Below are positions 43,462 through 52,779 of a stretch of DNA of 64,000 nucleotides, one piece after another (within the stretch, counting starts at the first letter, position 1; each line of letters opens with the position of its first letter). The notes under the pieces are model-generated. The model saw nothing but the letters and a program-made list of their open reading frames with translations, ran no database searches and was not told the origin of the DNA. Location of the stretch: NCBI GenBank assembly GCA_963789955.1, contig CAWBMV010000035.1, positions 8,512-72,511 on the forward strand, in the 5' to 3' direction. The position numbers and the translations under genes are program-made. The stretch is from an uncultured Candidatus Rokubacteria bacterium. GTDB lineage: Bacteria; Methylomirabilota; Methylomirabilia; Rokubacteriales; CSP1-6.

Positions 43462-44460
43462 TCAGTACTCGTCGAACATGCGCTGGATCTCGGACACGTT
43501 GTCGGTCCTGGTGAGGGCCAGCATGGCCAGCACGCGCGCCTTCTGAGGAGTCAGGTTGTCGGCGACGACGATCTCCTGCTGACGCAGGAGCGTACGGGGA
43601 AGGACGCGACCGCTTCCCGCGCGGCTCGAAAGCACGATCAGGACTCCCTGCCGGCGGGCTTCGAGAAGGGCTTCCGTCTCGGCCGGCGTGGTGACGCCCG
43701 GCGGGAGCGAGGCCGATACGATCGCCCGCGCGCCGGCCGCAACGAACGCGCGAATCGCCGCGCCATCCGCCCCTGAATACGACGCCGCGATGTCCACGCG
43801 CGGCAGATCGGTCCGCCCTCGCACATCGAACTCCGTGTCCGGCGCATGACGGCGCGATGGCCGGCGGTAGATGGCGATTCGGCCGTCGGGATCGGCGTAG
43901 CCGAGCATGCCGAGGTCCGGACTGCGAAACGTCTCGAGACGCAAGGTCGACGTCTTCGTCACGTCGCGCGCGGTCTGGATCTCGTCGTTGAGGAGTACGA
44001 GCACGCCGAGACCGCGCGCCTCGGACGATCCGGCGACCCGCACCGCGTTCAGGAGATTGAGCCCGGCGTCCGAGCTGAGGCCGGTGGCCGGCCGCTGCGA
44101 ACCGACCAGCACGACGGTCGCGTCGACCTTGAGGGCGAGATTCAGAAAGTACGCCGTCTCCTCGAGTGTCGCGGTGCCGTGCGTGATCACGATCCCGTCG
44201 AGGGGGGTGTGGCTGACCGTCGCGTCGCTCACCGCCGCGGCGAGGGCGAGCCAGTCGCCGGGTCCGATCGCCGCGCTTCCGACCGAGCGGAAGTGAACCG
44301 GGACGATCTCAGCGGCCTCGGCCGCCTCGGGGAACCGCACGAGGAGCTCGTCGGGCTCCGCCTTGCGGCTCGTATCCATGTACTCCCACAGATCGAGGCT
44401 CCCGCGGCCGATCGACGAGATCGTGCCGCCCGTGCCGATCAGCGCGACCCGTCGCTTCAC
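43462..44460 (-). CDS. L-asparaginase family protein
   Basis: IGTGGTIS, ITHGTATLEETAYFL, GSQRP, NLTPQKARVL. Confidence 0.9.
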   Translation of the reverse strand: MKRRVALIGTGGTISSIGRGSLDLWEYMDTSRKAEPDELLVRFPEAAEAAEIVPVHFRSVGSAAIGPGDWLALAAAVSDATVSHTPLDGIVITHGTATLEETAYFLNLALKVDATVVLVGSQRPATGLSSDAGLNLLNAVRVAGSSEARGLGVLVLLNDEIQTARDVTKTSTLRLETFRSPDLGMLGYADPDGRIAIYRRPSRRHAPDTEFDVRGRTDLPRVDIAASYSGADGAAIRAFVAAGARAIVSASLPPGVTTPAETEALLEARRQGVLIVLSSRAGSGRVLPRTLLRQQEIVVADNLTPQKARVLAMLALTRTDNVSEIQRMFDEY

Positions 44461-45908
44461 CTGGGTCGGGCGAGCACCTCCGCCGCCTGCTTCTCCACCA
44501 CCGTGCCCTTGAAGAAGTCCGGGTTCAGCTGACCCCAGAAGCGCACGGCATTCTCGAACACGAAGTCGCGGAAGTCGTTCTCGTCGAGGAGCCCGTGCTC
44601 GACCAGCTCGTACGCCTCGGGAACCACCTCGGTCATGTCGGGCACGTCGAAGTGGCCGATGTCCGAGCTGAAGAACGCGTTGAGCCGCGCGTGCATCGGG
44701 TTCGCCTTGCGATTGAAGGCCCACGCGTTGATCGGGTCGTCGGCCTCGCAGCCGAAGTAGAAGCGCTTGATGTAGAGGTCGTTGAAATCCTGCTTGCTCG
44801 TGATCTGGCAACGCGAGTAGTCGTCGAGATCCTCGACGCCGCCGGTGCCGTCACCGTTGTCGTCCAGCCCCTCGCCGCGACGCACCGCCTCGATCACGGT
44901 GGGCTTCCCGTACTTCTCGGCGAGCGCGAGCAGCTGGGCCCGGTCGAGTCGCGCCGGGTTGGTGTTCTCGAGCGCGTCGCGCTTGCGCTTCTCCCAGTGC
45001 CCGATGAGATCGGCGAAGAGCGAGCACGCCCAGCCGACGCCGCCCTCGAGGAAGGCGAAGTTGATCTCGGGGAATCGGCGCGTGACGCCGCCGAAGAAGA
45101 TGGCCTTCGCCATGGCCTCGCTCGCGGAGGCGAAGTGTCCGATGTGGTTGTAGCAGAAGTTCGACGGCGAGTTGCGAAGCAGGATCGAGCGCGCCCCGTT
45201 GTGGAAGCTCGGCGAGATGCGCAGCTCGCGGCACTTCGCCCAGACCGGATCGTAGTCGTGAATGCTGTCGATCGCGATCGGGTCGTACCACTCGACGAAC
45301 TTCGCGGCCTCCGGATGCTCCTCGACGAGCGCCTGGATCGGCCGGCGGATCAAGCTTCCCATCATCACGACCCGGTAGCCCAGCTGCCGTGACGCGAACT
45401 CGAGCTCTTCGCACGCCTCTTCGGGCGAGTACATCGGGATGATCGCGGCGGGAATGAGCCGATCGCCGTACGGGCGGAACTGGTCCATCGTGAACACGTT
45501 GTAGGCGCGACACAGGGCGCGCCGCAGCTTGTCCGGCGGCAGCCGGTAGTAGCCGAGCCCGGCGGTCGGATAGATCACGGAGAAATCGAGCCCGAGATCG
45601 TCCAGGCGCTCGTAGAGCAGGCGCGGCATCATCGCGGTCGCGCGATCCAGGGTGTTCTTCGTCGGCAGGAACCAGAACGCCTCCTGCCCGATCCGGCGCC
45701 GGCGCCGCTCGGCCACGGACATGTTGAGCGAGTTGGGGATACGCGCGCTCGCCATCGCCAGCGCCTCGACCGCCGCGTCGCCGCCGATGCGACGAAACTC
45801 CTCGCGCATGTGCGGCGCGAACTCGGCCCAGTGGCCATCCGCGTCGATGATCGGGTGCTTCAGGCCCGCGCGGAGCTTCTTCGCCTCGTGCTGTCCATTG
45901 CTCGACAT
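44457..45908 (-). CDS. amidohydrolase family protein
   Basis: IIDADGH, YDPVWAKC, NHIGHFA, FLEGGVGW, FGCEADD, SSDIGHFD. Confidence 0.85.
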   Translation of the reverse strand: MSSNGQHEAKKLRAGLKHPIIDADGHWAEFAPHMREEFRRIGGDAAVEALAMASARIPNSLNMSVAERRRRRIGQEAFWFLPTKNTLDRATAMMPRLLYERLDDLGLDFSVIYPTAGLGYYRLPPDKLRRALCRAYNVFTMDQFRPYGDRLIPAAIIPMYSPEEACEELEFASRQLGYRVVMMGSLIRRPIQALVEEHPEAAKFVEWYDPIAIDSIHDYDPVWAKCRELRISPSFHNGARSILLRNSPSNFCYNHIGHFASASEAMAKAIFFGGVTRRFPEINFAFLEGGVGWACSLFADLIGHWEKRKRDALENTNPARLDRAQLLALAEKYGKPTVIEAVRRGEGLDDNGDGTGGVEDLDDYSRCQITSKQDFNDLYIKRFYFGCEADDPINAWAFNRKANPMHARLNAFFSSDIGHFDVPDMTEVVPEAYELVEHGLLDENDFRDFVFENAVRFWGQLNPDFFKGTVVEKQAAEVLARPR

Positions 45909-46081
45909 GGCCACCCTCCGGGGCAAGCGTTATCTCGGGATGATACTCCGATGTGCCGGGTCGAGGAATGCCGTCGCGACGGGGGCGAACCAGGCGGCTT
46001 GATCGCCGGCCTCTTTGCTGGCTAAATCGGGGCGGTCGCGGAATCTTTCCAGAATCTACCGTCGCGACAGGAGAGACCGAT

Positions 46082-47008
46082 ATGCTTCCGGCACCGGGCT
46101 TCCATCATCTCCATCTGAACTCCGTCGATCCGGACGCGGCGATCGCGTTCTACGTCGAGCAGTTCCCGACCAGCGCCAAGTCGAGCTGGGGTGGCTTCCC
46201 GGCGCTCGCGGCGCCGAACAACGTCCTGATCTTGTTCACGAGGGTCGCCACGGCGGCGCCGACCTCACCGCAAACCGCGCTCTGGCACTTCGGCTGGCAT
46301 GTCACCGACACGCGCAAGAGCCTCGACACCTACACGGCTCGGAAGAGCCTCACGCTCCTGCCGCTCTACACCACGGACGAGGGCGGCTCGGTCTTCATCA
46401 GCAGCGACAGCTGGCCGGGCACGGGCGGCGTGCCCGGGCGAACGAAGGCGCAGATCGCCGAGGCCAAGGCGCAGGGCATCCAGCCGGCTCGCAGCGGAGG
46501 CTTCGGCTACATGCAGGGCCCCGACGACGCCCTGGTCGAATATGCGGGGAACCATCCGGCCGAGCGCTTCAACCACGTGCATATGTTCCAGGACGATCCG
46601 TTCTGCGCGCAGATCTGGTATCAGCAGCATCTCAACGCGCCGGTGTTCGCGGGTCGCACGAGCCCGGCCGGAATGACGGAGAGCACGTGCCAGGTCCCGC
46701 GCGGACCTGAACGCTCGTGGCCGGCGCTCGAACGCCAGGGAATGTTCCGGTCGCCGTCAGCGGCCGTGATGTTCGGAGACGTGGCGCTGCCGTGGTACAT
46801 GCGGCAGGACGACAAGCCGCTCGCGAGCTCGCGCGGTCACCTCTACGATCACATCGCGCTCACGGTGGCCGACCTCGATGCCTGGGTCGCGAAGCTGCGC
46901 GGCGAAGGCGTGCGGTTCCTCGAAGAGCCTTATCGTCTCGGCGCTACGCGGGCGGCGATGATCGAGGGCCCGAGCCGCGAGGCGATCGAGCTGGTCGAGG
47001 TCAGGTAG
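46082..47008 (+). CDS. two-domain VOC family protein
   Basis: FHHLHLNSVDPDAAIAFY, WHFGW, FNHVHM, DHIALTVADLD, IEGPSREAIELVE. Confidence 0.82.
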   Translation: MLPAPGFHHLHLNSVDPDAAIAFYVEQFPTSAKSSWGGFPALAAPNNVLILFTRVATAAPTSPQTALWHFGWHVTDTRKSLDTYTARKSLTLLPLYTTDEGGSVFISSDSWPGTGGVPGRTKAQIAEAKAQGIQPARSGGFGYMQGPDDALVEYAGNHPAERFNHVHMFQDDPFCAQIWYQQHLNAPVFAGRTSPAGMTESTCQVPRGPERSWPALERQGMFRSPSAAVMFGDVALPWYMRQDDKPLASSRGHLYDHIALTVADLDAWVAKLRGEGVRFLEEPYRLGATRAAMIEGPSREAIELVEVR

Positions 47009-48182
47009 CGGCCTGCCGCCGCGCTCGGATGTCGGAGGACGAGGAGTCGAGGCGGAAGCGGCTCTCCGGGATCGCGACGAACAGGCGGGCAAACCGCTCA
47101 GGAACGGCGACGTCGCTCAGCGCGCGCACCCGGCCGGCGCGATCCACGCGCACCGCCACGAGAAACGAGCACCCGCGGTCGGCGATCTCCTGGAGCGCCG
47201 CGGCCATCCGCTCGGCGCTATCGCCGTAGTACCGCGCCGCCACCAGACGCTCGGCCGTGTCGGCGCCGATGACGAACGCCGCGCCCGGGAACAGCCGTGC
47301 CTTCTCGAGGAACGTCGGCGCCCGGGTGAGCTCGACGCGCGCCCGCCACGCGAACTGCGCGAGCCGGTTTCGTACCTCGCCGGCCGCGAGCGGCGGCTTG
47401 TCGACGTTGAGCACCGCGATCTCGAACGCGACCGGCTGCTGCCGGATGTCCTCGGCGACGCGCGCGAGCAGGAGATGTCCGGCGTGCAACGGATTGAACG
47501 AGCCGGGCAGCACGACACCAGGCGGTGCGGCCGCCGGCACGAGCTGTCCATCGGGCCACACCGTCACGCGAGAGACTCCGCCGGCGAGGAGCTGGTCGAT
47601 CAGATCGCCGGTCTGCACGACGGCCTCCGCGTAGCGCTCGTCGGCCTCCAGCAAGGTGCGCGGCGACGGGACCGGGACTCCGCACGCGCGGGCCAGCCAC
47701 AACACGATGGCACGCGCCACGAGGTCCTCTTCGCCGGGACGATCGCGCCGCCCCTTCGCCAGCACGATCGAGCAGTGGTCGGTCCCGGCTCCGGTGGTGA
47801 CGGCGATGTGGAAGCGGTGCTCGCCCTGCCTGGGCCGATCGGTGACGAGCCCCGCCGTGGCGCCGAGGCCGACCAGCTGAGCGCCGGTCGGCGCGAATTT
47901 CGCCGCGCGCTCGCGCGCACGCTGCGCCATGGCCACCGCCGTCTCGACGCTGCACGCCTGCTCCGGCTCGAAGCCCAGGAACGCTGTCAGCGCCCGCGAA
48001 TCGTAGGGCACCAGCGCCTCGAGCAGCAGCCGCGACCCGCCCGGCACCCGCAGTAGCTCCGAGATCGCGCCGCTCCCGCCCCCGGTGATGGCGAGCACCG
48101 CCTGGCGGCCGGACGCATGCATCTCGGCGATCGTTTGTCGCCACGACGCGTCGGATTGGCGTTCGACTCCGCTGGAATCCAC
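47001..48182 (-). CDS. CinA-like domain fused to a HIGH-motif nucleotidyltransferase (NadD-like)
   Basis: ITGGGS, VPGGSRLLLEALVPY; PGSFNPLHAGH, NVDKPPL, IGADTAERL, SSSDIR. Confidence 0.75.
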   Translation of the reverse strand: MDSSGVERQSDASWRQTIAEMHASGRQAVLAITGGGSGAISELLRVPGGSRLLLEALVPYDSRALTAFLGFEPEQACSVETAVAMAQRARERAAKFAPTGAQLVGLGATAGLVTDRPRQGEHRFHIAVTTGAGTDHCSIVLAKGRRDRPGEEDLVARAIVLWLARACGVPVPSPRTLLEADERYAEAVVQTGDLIDQLLAGGVSRVTVWPDGQLVPAAAPPGVVLPGSFNPLHAGHLLLARVAEDIRQQPVAFEIAVLNVDKPPLAAGEVRNRLAQFAWRARVELTRAPTFLEKARLFPGAAFVIGADTAERLVAARYYGDSAERMAAALQEIADRGCSFLVAVRVDRAGRVRALSDVAVPERFARLFVAIPESRFRLDSSSSDIRARRQAAT

Positions 48183-48195
48183 GGCGGAGGAGATT

Positions 48196-49032
48196 CTACA
48201 TGACGGCTCCGCCGTCGACGTTCCACGCCTGGCCCGTGATGTGGTCGCTCTGCGCCGAGGCGAGGAAGAGCGCGAGTCGCGCGACGTCGTCGGGTCGCGC
48301 GACCCGCCCGGTCGGCGGCAGGCCGAGGACCGCGGCGCCGGGCTCGCGCTCGGCGAGCGCGCGCTCGCGGCGCGAGGTCGATTCGCGGCGGCTCGTGTCG
48401 ACGCTGCCCGGGCAGATCGCGTTCACGGTGATCCCGTGCGGGGCGAGCTCCTGAGCCATGGCCTGCGTGAGGCCGATCACCCCGAACTTCGACGCGGTGT
48501 AGGCGCCGCGGCGGGGCGTGCCACGCTTGCCCGAGATCGACGCCATATTGACGATGCGGCCGCTGCGGCGCGACAGCATGTGCGGAATCACCGCGCGGCT
48601 CATCAAGAACGTGCCCTTGAGATTGACGTCGATGACGAGATCCCACGCCTCTTCCGGGACCTCCCAGAGCAGACGACGGTCGGCTCCGTGGGGCGCGGCC
48701 GCGTTGTTGACGAGCACGTCGATGCGGCCGAACCGCGCAAGCGCTTCCTTCACGAAACGCTCGGCGTCGGCGGCGCGACTCACGTCGCCCTCGAGCGTGA
48801 GGATCCGGCGTCCGAGGCCTTCGATCTCCTTGGCCAGGCTTTCCAGTCCCGTCCAGCCCAGGCGGATCTCCTCGAGCCCTTCCTCGTTCTCGTTGCGCGT
48901 GCCGCCGATCGCGATATCGGTCGCGACGACATCGGCGCCGGCCCGAGCGAACGCGACCGAGAGGGCGCGGCCGATTCCGCGGACGCGCCCGCATCCGGTG
49001 ACCAGCACGCACGTTCCTTCGAATTCGCTCAC
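48196..49032 (-). CDS. SDR family oxidoreductase
   Basis: VTGCGRVRGIG, LVNNAA, YTASK, VNAICPG, ITGQAWNVDGG. Confidence 0.93.
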   Translation of the reverse strand: MSEFEGTCVLVTGCGRVRGIGRALSVAFARAGADVVATDIAIGGTRNENEEGLEEIRLGWTGLESLAKEIEGLGRRILTLEGDVSRAADAERFVKEALARFGRIDVLVNNAAAPHGADRRLLWEVPEEAWDLVIDVNLKGTFLMSRAVIPHMLSRRSGRIVNMASISGKRGTPRRGAYTASKFGVIGLTQAMAQELAPHGITVNAICPGSVDTSRRESTSRRERALAEREPGAAVLGLPPTGRVARPDDVARLALFLASAQSDHITGQAWNVDGGAVM

Positions 49033-49217
49033 GGCCCGTACCTCCCTATCCTCTGGACCCCGAACGCCGAGATGGCTCGGGGCCGGGCCCGACCATACGG
49101 CAGGACCCGGCCCTCGTCCAGCCGGCCCCCAGGTCTCGCCGTTTTCTTTGGCCCTGCCCACCACACGTGGTAGTCATGGGGTTGGACACGGCTCAATTTG
49201 CCGCAAAGGGGGATTGG

Positions 49218-49391
49218 ATGACGAAGCGCACGGCCAGTAAGAAACCCGCATTCGGAGGCTACGCGATCAGCTTTCGGGGTCGCACGGACAGCCTGGAGTC
49301 GCTGTTCGGCGCCACGCCGATCGGACCCGCCGAGATGACCAAGAAGCTCTGGAGCTACGTGAAGCGGAAGGGTCTGGCCAGCAAGAGCTGA
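49218..49391 (+). CDS. small basic SWIB/MDM2-like protein (57 aa)
   Basis: LESLFGATPIGPAEMTKKLWSYVKRKGL resembles the first half of bacterial SWIB domains. Confidence 0.65.
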   Translation: MTKRTASKKPAFGGYAISFRGRTDSLESLFGATPIGPAEMTKKLWSYVKRKGLASKS

Positions 49392-49442
49392 GCTGACGCC
49401 GAGCCGGGCGGCCCCCCACGCCGCCCGGCCCAACCTCGCGGC

Positions 49443-50132
49443 GTGACGATCGCATCACGTCGCCGCCTCCCTGATCGCTCGACTCGAAGCGCGCCGGCGA
49501 GCAGCCCCGCGCTCAGGACGTACCTTGCGAAGGCCCGAGGGGGCACCAGCAAGGATTACCGGAAGAAAACAACCGTCTTCTCGCAGGGTAGTCCCGCGGA
49601 TTCAGTTTTCTACATTGAGAAGGGCAAGGTGAAGCTGACCGTAATCTCCACGCGCGGGAAGGAAGCGGTCGTCGCGATCTTGAGCAGCGGCGATTTCTTT
49701 GGTGAAGGTTGCCTGGCGGGACAGCCGCTTCGCATGGCCACGGCGATCGCGATCACTGAGTGTTCACTCCTTCGACTTCAAAAAGAAACTATGGTCCGAA
49801 TGCTCCACAATGAGCCCGCATTGTCCGAGCTCTTCATGTCGTACCTGCTGTCTCGGAATGTGCGGATCGAAGAGGACCTGGTCGATCAGCTTTTCAATTC
49901 CAGCGAGAAACGGCTCGCGCGCATTCTGTTGCTGCTGACCCGCTTCGGCAAAGACGGGCAACATGAGCCCGTCGTGCCCAAGATCAGTCAGGAAACCCTG
50001 GCCGAAATGGTCGGGACGACGCGATCCAGGGTGAGTTTCTTCATGAACAAGTTTCGGAAGCTCGGCTTCATCGAATATAACGGCGGCTTGAACGTCCATA
50101 GCTCCCTCCTCAATATCGTCCTCCACGACTAG
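49443..50132 (+). CDS. Crp/Fnr family transcriptional regulator
   Basis: FSQGSPADSVFYI, GDFFGEGCL, SSEKRLAR, SQETLAEMVGTTRSRVS HTH. Confidence 0.94.
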   Translation: MTIASRRRLPDRSTRSAPASSPALRTYLAKARGGTSKDYRKKTTVFSQGSPADSVFYIEKGKVKLTVISTRGKEAVVAILSSGDFFGEGCLAGQPLRMATAIAITECSLLRLQKETMVRMLHNEPALSELFMSYLLSRNVRIEEDLVDQLFNSSEKRLARILLLLTRFGKDGQHEPVVPKISQETLAEMVGTTRSRVSFFMNKFRKLGFIEYNGGLNVHSSLLNIVLHD

Positions 50133-50221
50133 AGGGCATTCGTACCGTTAGTCTGTCGTCGCTGTCGACCAAAAACCCGATCCTCCCGCCTCGTTCTGTG
50201 CTTCGCCACGGTGGCCCCCGC

Positions 50222-50283
50222 TTGACACCGTAAGTAACCAGCTAGATACTCACGGCCACGGTTTGGTATCCAGATGGTTACTT
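50222..50283 (+). promoter_or_regulatory. promoter with two inverted TetR-type operator copies
   Basis: TTGACA-N17-GATACT; AAGTAACCAGCTAGATAC (50232-50249) and GTATCCAGATGGTTACTT (50266-50283) are 16/18 inverted copies, the second overlapping the tetR ATG. Confidence 0.7.
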
Positions 50284-50906
50284 CGAGCCGCGACCCGGTC
50301 CGTACTCGCGAGCGCATCCTTCGCGCCGCCCGGCGCGAATTCGTCGCCAAGGGGTTCGCCGGCGCGCGCGTCGACGTGATCGCGCGCGCCGCGGCCGTGA
50401 ACAAGCGGATGCTGTACCACTATTTCGACAACAAGGAAGGCCTCTATCGCGCCACGCTCTACGAGGGCATGGCGACGAACCTCGATCTGGTCGCCTCCGC
50501 GCCGGCCGATCCCGACGACCTCTTGCCGTTCCTGTTCGCGCGCGCCGCGAAGCGCGTGGACGGGATCCGCCTCCTTCAGTGGGAAGCACTGGGCGCCGGC
50601 GCCCGCAAGCCCATTGCCGAGGACGAGCGGCGCAAGGCGTGGGTCGAGGGCACCGAGCGCATCCGTGACGCGCAGCGCGCCGGCCGGCTGCACCCGGACC
50701 TCGACGCCGAGTACCTCGTTCTGGCGCTCATGGCGCTGACGATCTTTCCCCAGGCCTTCCCCCAGCTCGTGCGCATGGTCACCGGCTCACGACTGTCCGA
50801 CGCCGAGTTCCAGCAACGCCAGGCGCGCTTCCTTCGCCGCCTGGGCAGCTATCTGCGGCCGTCCGTGGGGCGCGCGGCGCTCGCGGACAAGGAGAAGCAG
50901 CGATGA
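50274..50906 (+). CDS. TetR/AcrR family transcriptional regulator
   Basis: TRERILRAARREFVAKGFAGARVDVIARAAAVNKRMLYHYFDNKEGLY. Confidence 0.94.
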   Translation: MVTSSRDPVRTRERILRAARREFVAKGFAGARVDVIARAAAVNKRMLYHYFDNKEGLYRATLYEGMATNLDLVASAPADPDDLLPFLFARAAKRVDGIRLLQWEALGAGARKPIAEDERRKAWVEGTERIRDAQRAGRLHPDLDAEYLVLALMALTIFPQAFPQLVRMVTGSRLSDAEFQQRQARFLRRLGSYLRPSVGRAALADKEKQR

Positions 50907-52081
50907 GCTCCGTACCGACCACACTCTTCGGACGCTCGACCGATACGTACACGCGCGTCGATTCCGTCGGTCTCTACCGGGTCGCGCTCTGGGTGCTGCT
51001 GGGCGCCAATCTCCTCGCCGGCTGGGGCGTGCAGTGGGACATCCAGTGGCACGTGCGCATCGGCCGCGACACGTTCTGGATTCCGCCGCACGTCATCACC
51101 TATTCGGGCGTGACGATCCTCGTGCTGGCCAGCTTCGGCGTGCTGGCGCGTGACACGCTTCGCCATCTGCTCGCGGGCCGCGCCCCCGAGGGCACGGAAC
51201 GCGTGCTCGGCCTCACCGGCACGCCGGGGTTTCTCCTGGCGGCGTGCGGCATCGCGCTGACGGTTCTGGCGGCGCCGATCGACGACCTCTGGCACCGCTT
51301 GTTCGGCATCGACGTCACGTTGTGGAGCCCGCCGCACCTTCTCGGTCTGGTCGGCGTCACGATCAACACCTTGGGATGCGCGCTCATCGCCCGCGAAGCG
51401 TACCCGGCGAAGAGCTGGGTGCGGTTCGCCGGCGTGGTCATCGCGCTCACCAGCTTCTACGGCAGCCTCTCGATCGGGCTGCGGCCCGCCAGCCGGCTCG
51501 CGTATCTATACGGCGGGCTCTGGTTTTACGCCTTTCCGATCCTCGGCGCGCTCTTCCTGCCGCTGGCGATGATCACGGCCGTGCGCCTCAGCGGGCGGCG
51601 CTGGACGCCGATCGCACTGGTGATCGTCGGACTCGCCGTCGGCACGATCGGCGTGAACATCGCGCGGATCGGCTTCGACATCATGCGGCCGGTCTCGGTG
51701 ATCGAGGATGAGATCGCCAAGGACCCGACGTCGCCGATCGCGGTGTCCCACGCGATCGCGCGGAAGAACGGCAGTACGCCCGGCGGGGTCCCCGGCGGAA
51801 GCTTCGCGCGGTTTCTCTCGCTGGTGCCCGTGCTGCTGCTGGTCGCCGTCGACCCCCGGCGACGGCCGATGTCGGCGACCTTGGTCTACGCCCTGGGGCT
51901 GTTCGCCCTCTGGGCCTTCACGATCGGCCGGACACCGGCCTTTCAGCCGATGATGCCCGGACCGGCGCCGACCGTGGTCGCGCTGGTGATCACGACCGCG
52001 ATGGCCGTGGTCGGAGGACTGGCCGCCCGCTGGCTCGCCGAGACCCTGGCGACTGCGGACCGGGTTCCGGTGGAGGGTTAG
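50903..52081 (+). CDS. multi-pass membrane protein with duplicated DxxWH...PPH motifs
   Basis: WDIQWHVRIGRDTFWIPPH and IDDLWHRLFGIDVTLWSPPH; about 9-10 hydrophobic segments; 4-bp overlap with tetR. Confidence 0.8.
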   Translation: MSSVPTTLFGRSTDTYTRVDSVGLYRVALWVLLGANLLAGWGVQWDIQWHVRIGRDTFWIPPHVITYSGVTILVLASFGVLARDTLRHLLAGRAPEGTERVLGLTGTPGFLLAACGIALTVLAAPIDDLWHRLFGIDVTLWSPPHLLGLVGVTINTLGCALIAREAYPAKSWVRFAGVVIALTSFYGSLSIGLRPASRLAYLYGGLWFYAFPILGALFLPLAMITAVRLSGRRWTPIALVIVGLAVGTIGVNIARIGFDIMRPVSVIEDEIAKDPTSPIAVSHAIARKNGSTPGGVPGGSFARFLSLVPVLLLVAVDPRRRPMSATLVYALGLFALWAFTIGRTPAFQPMMPGPAPTVVALVITTAMAVVGGLAARWLAETLATADRVPVEG

Positions 52082-52578
52082 GCGCGCGCGTCGGGAGGGT
52101 GGTTTCGGCGAATCTTCGGGCCGCGCAGACGCACGATGGTCCAGCCGATCGCGCGGAGGAGCCCTTCGGTCCTCTCGGGCGAGCGTCGATTCCTCGGGCG
52201 TCGTGCGCCGGGCCGGCGCACCGGATCCAGGGGGCTATCGCCGCGCCGATCCAGGACGATCTGGACCGTCGCGTTGCCCTCGAAAGCCCGTCTGAAGAAG
52301 TTGTAGAGGTGTTCCCGATCCGGTGAGACGACGATGAGCTGTCGGGATCCTCCCGGCCGCTCGTCGAGGGTCCTCACCCGCCGAACCAGCTCATAGAGCG
52401 CGCTCTTACCCCCGTTGTAGCCGAGGGTCTGGGCCCGGCGCATGATTTCGACCGCCGAGATCGTAGGCTCCTCCCGCAGCCACTGCGCCACCTGGGCCGC
52501 GTACTGGGCCACGATGGAAGGGCGCCGTGCATTGCTCGGCTGGGAGCCGCCATCACCCATAGAAGACCTCTTGGGCAA
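52078..52578 (-). CDS. hypothetical protein: IS21 IstA-like N-terminal DNA-binding segment fused to Arg-rich 'DRR' domain
   Basis: RRPSIVAQYAAQVAQWLREEPTISAVEIMRRAQTLGYNGGKSALYELVRRVR, then LIVVSPDREHLYNFFRRAFEGNATVQIVLDRR...LRAIGWTIV. Confidence 0.7.
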   Translation of the reverse strand: MPKRSSMGDGGSQPSNARRPSIVAQYAAQVAQWLREEPTISAVEIMRRAQTLGYNGGKSALYELVRRVRTLDERPGGSRQLIVVSPDREHLYNFFRRAFEGNATVQIVLDRRGDSPLDPVRRPGARRPRNRRSPERTEGLLRAIGWTIVRLRGPKIRRNHPPDARA

Positions 52579-52779
52579 ATTTGATACCGAAACAACATTA
52601 CAAGCGGATCAAGAGTTTCGGTGACACGACCGCTAGCTCCGACTGGCTCGCCTTTGACCGGATAGCTCAGTTTGGAACCAGCACCTGCCTTGACAGCGTC
52701 ACCGGCGGGGGCGCAGTATCGCGCCAACCAACGGGCACTCGCCACCTTCAGAAGGCCAACAAATTTCGCGGACTCAGGA

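Noticed and set aside
52078-52578. Active IS21 element
   Set aside because: No DDE domain, istB or terminal inverted repeats
52657-52730. Functional tRNA gene
   Set aside because: No TTCGA T-loop, and the anticodon and acceptor stems do not pair; kept only as a possible remnant
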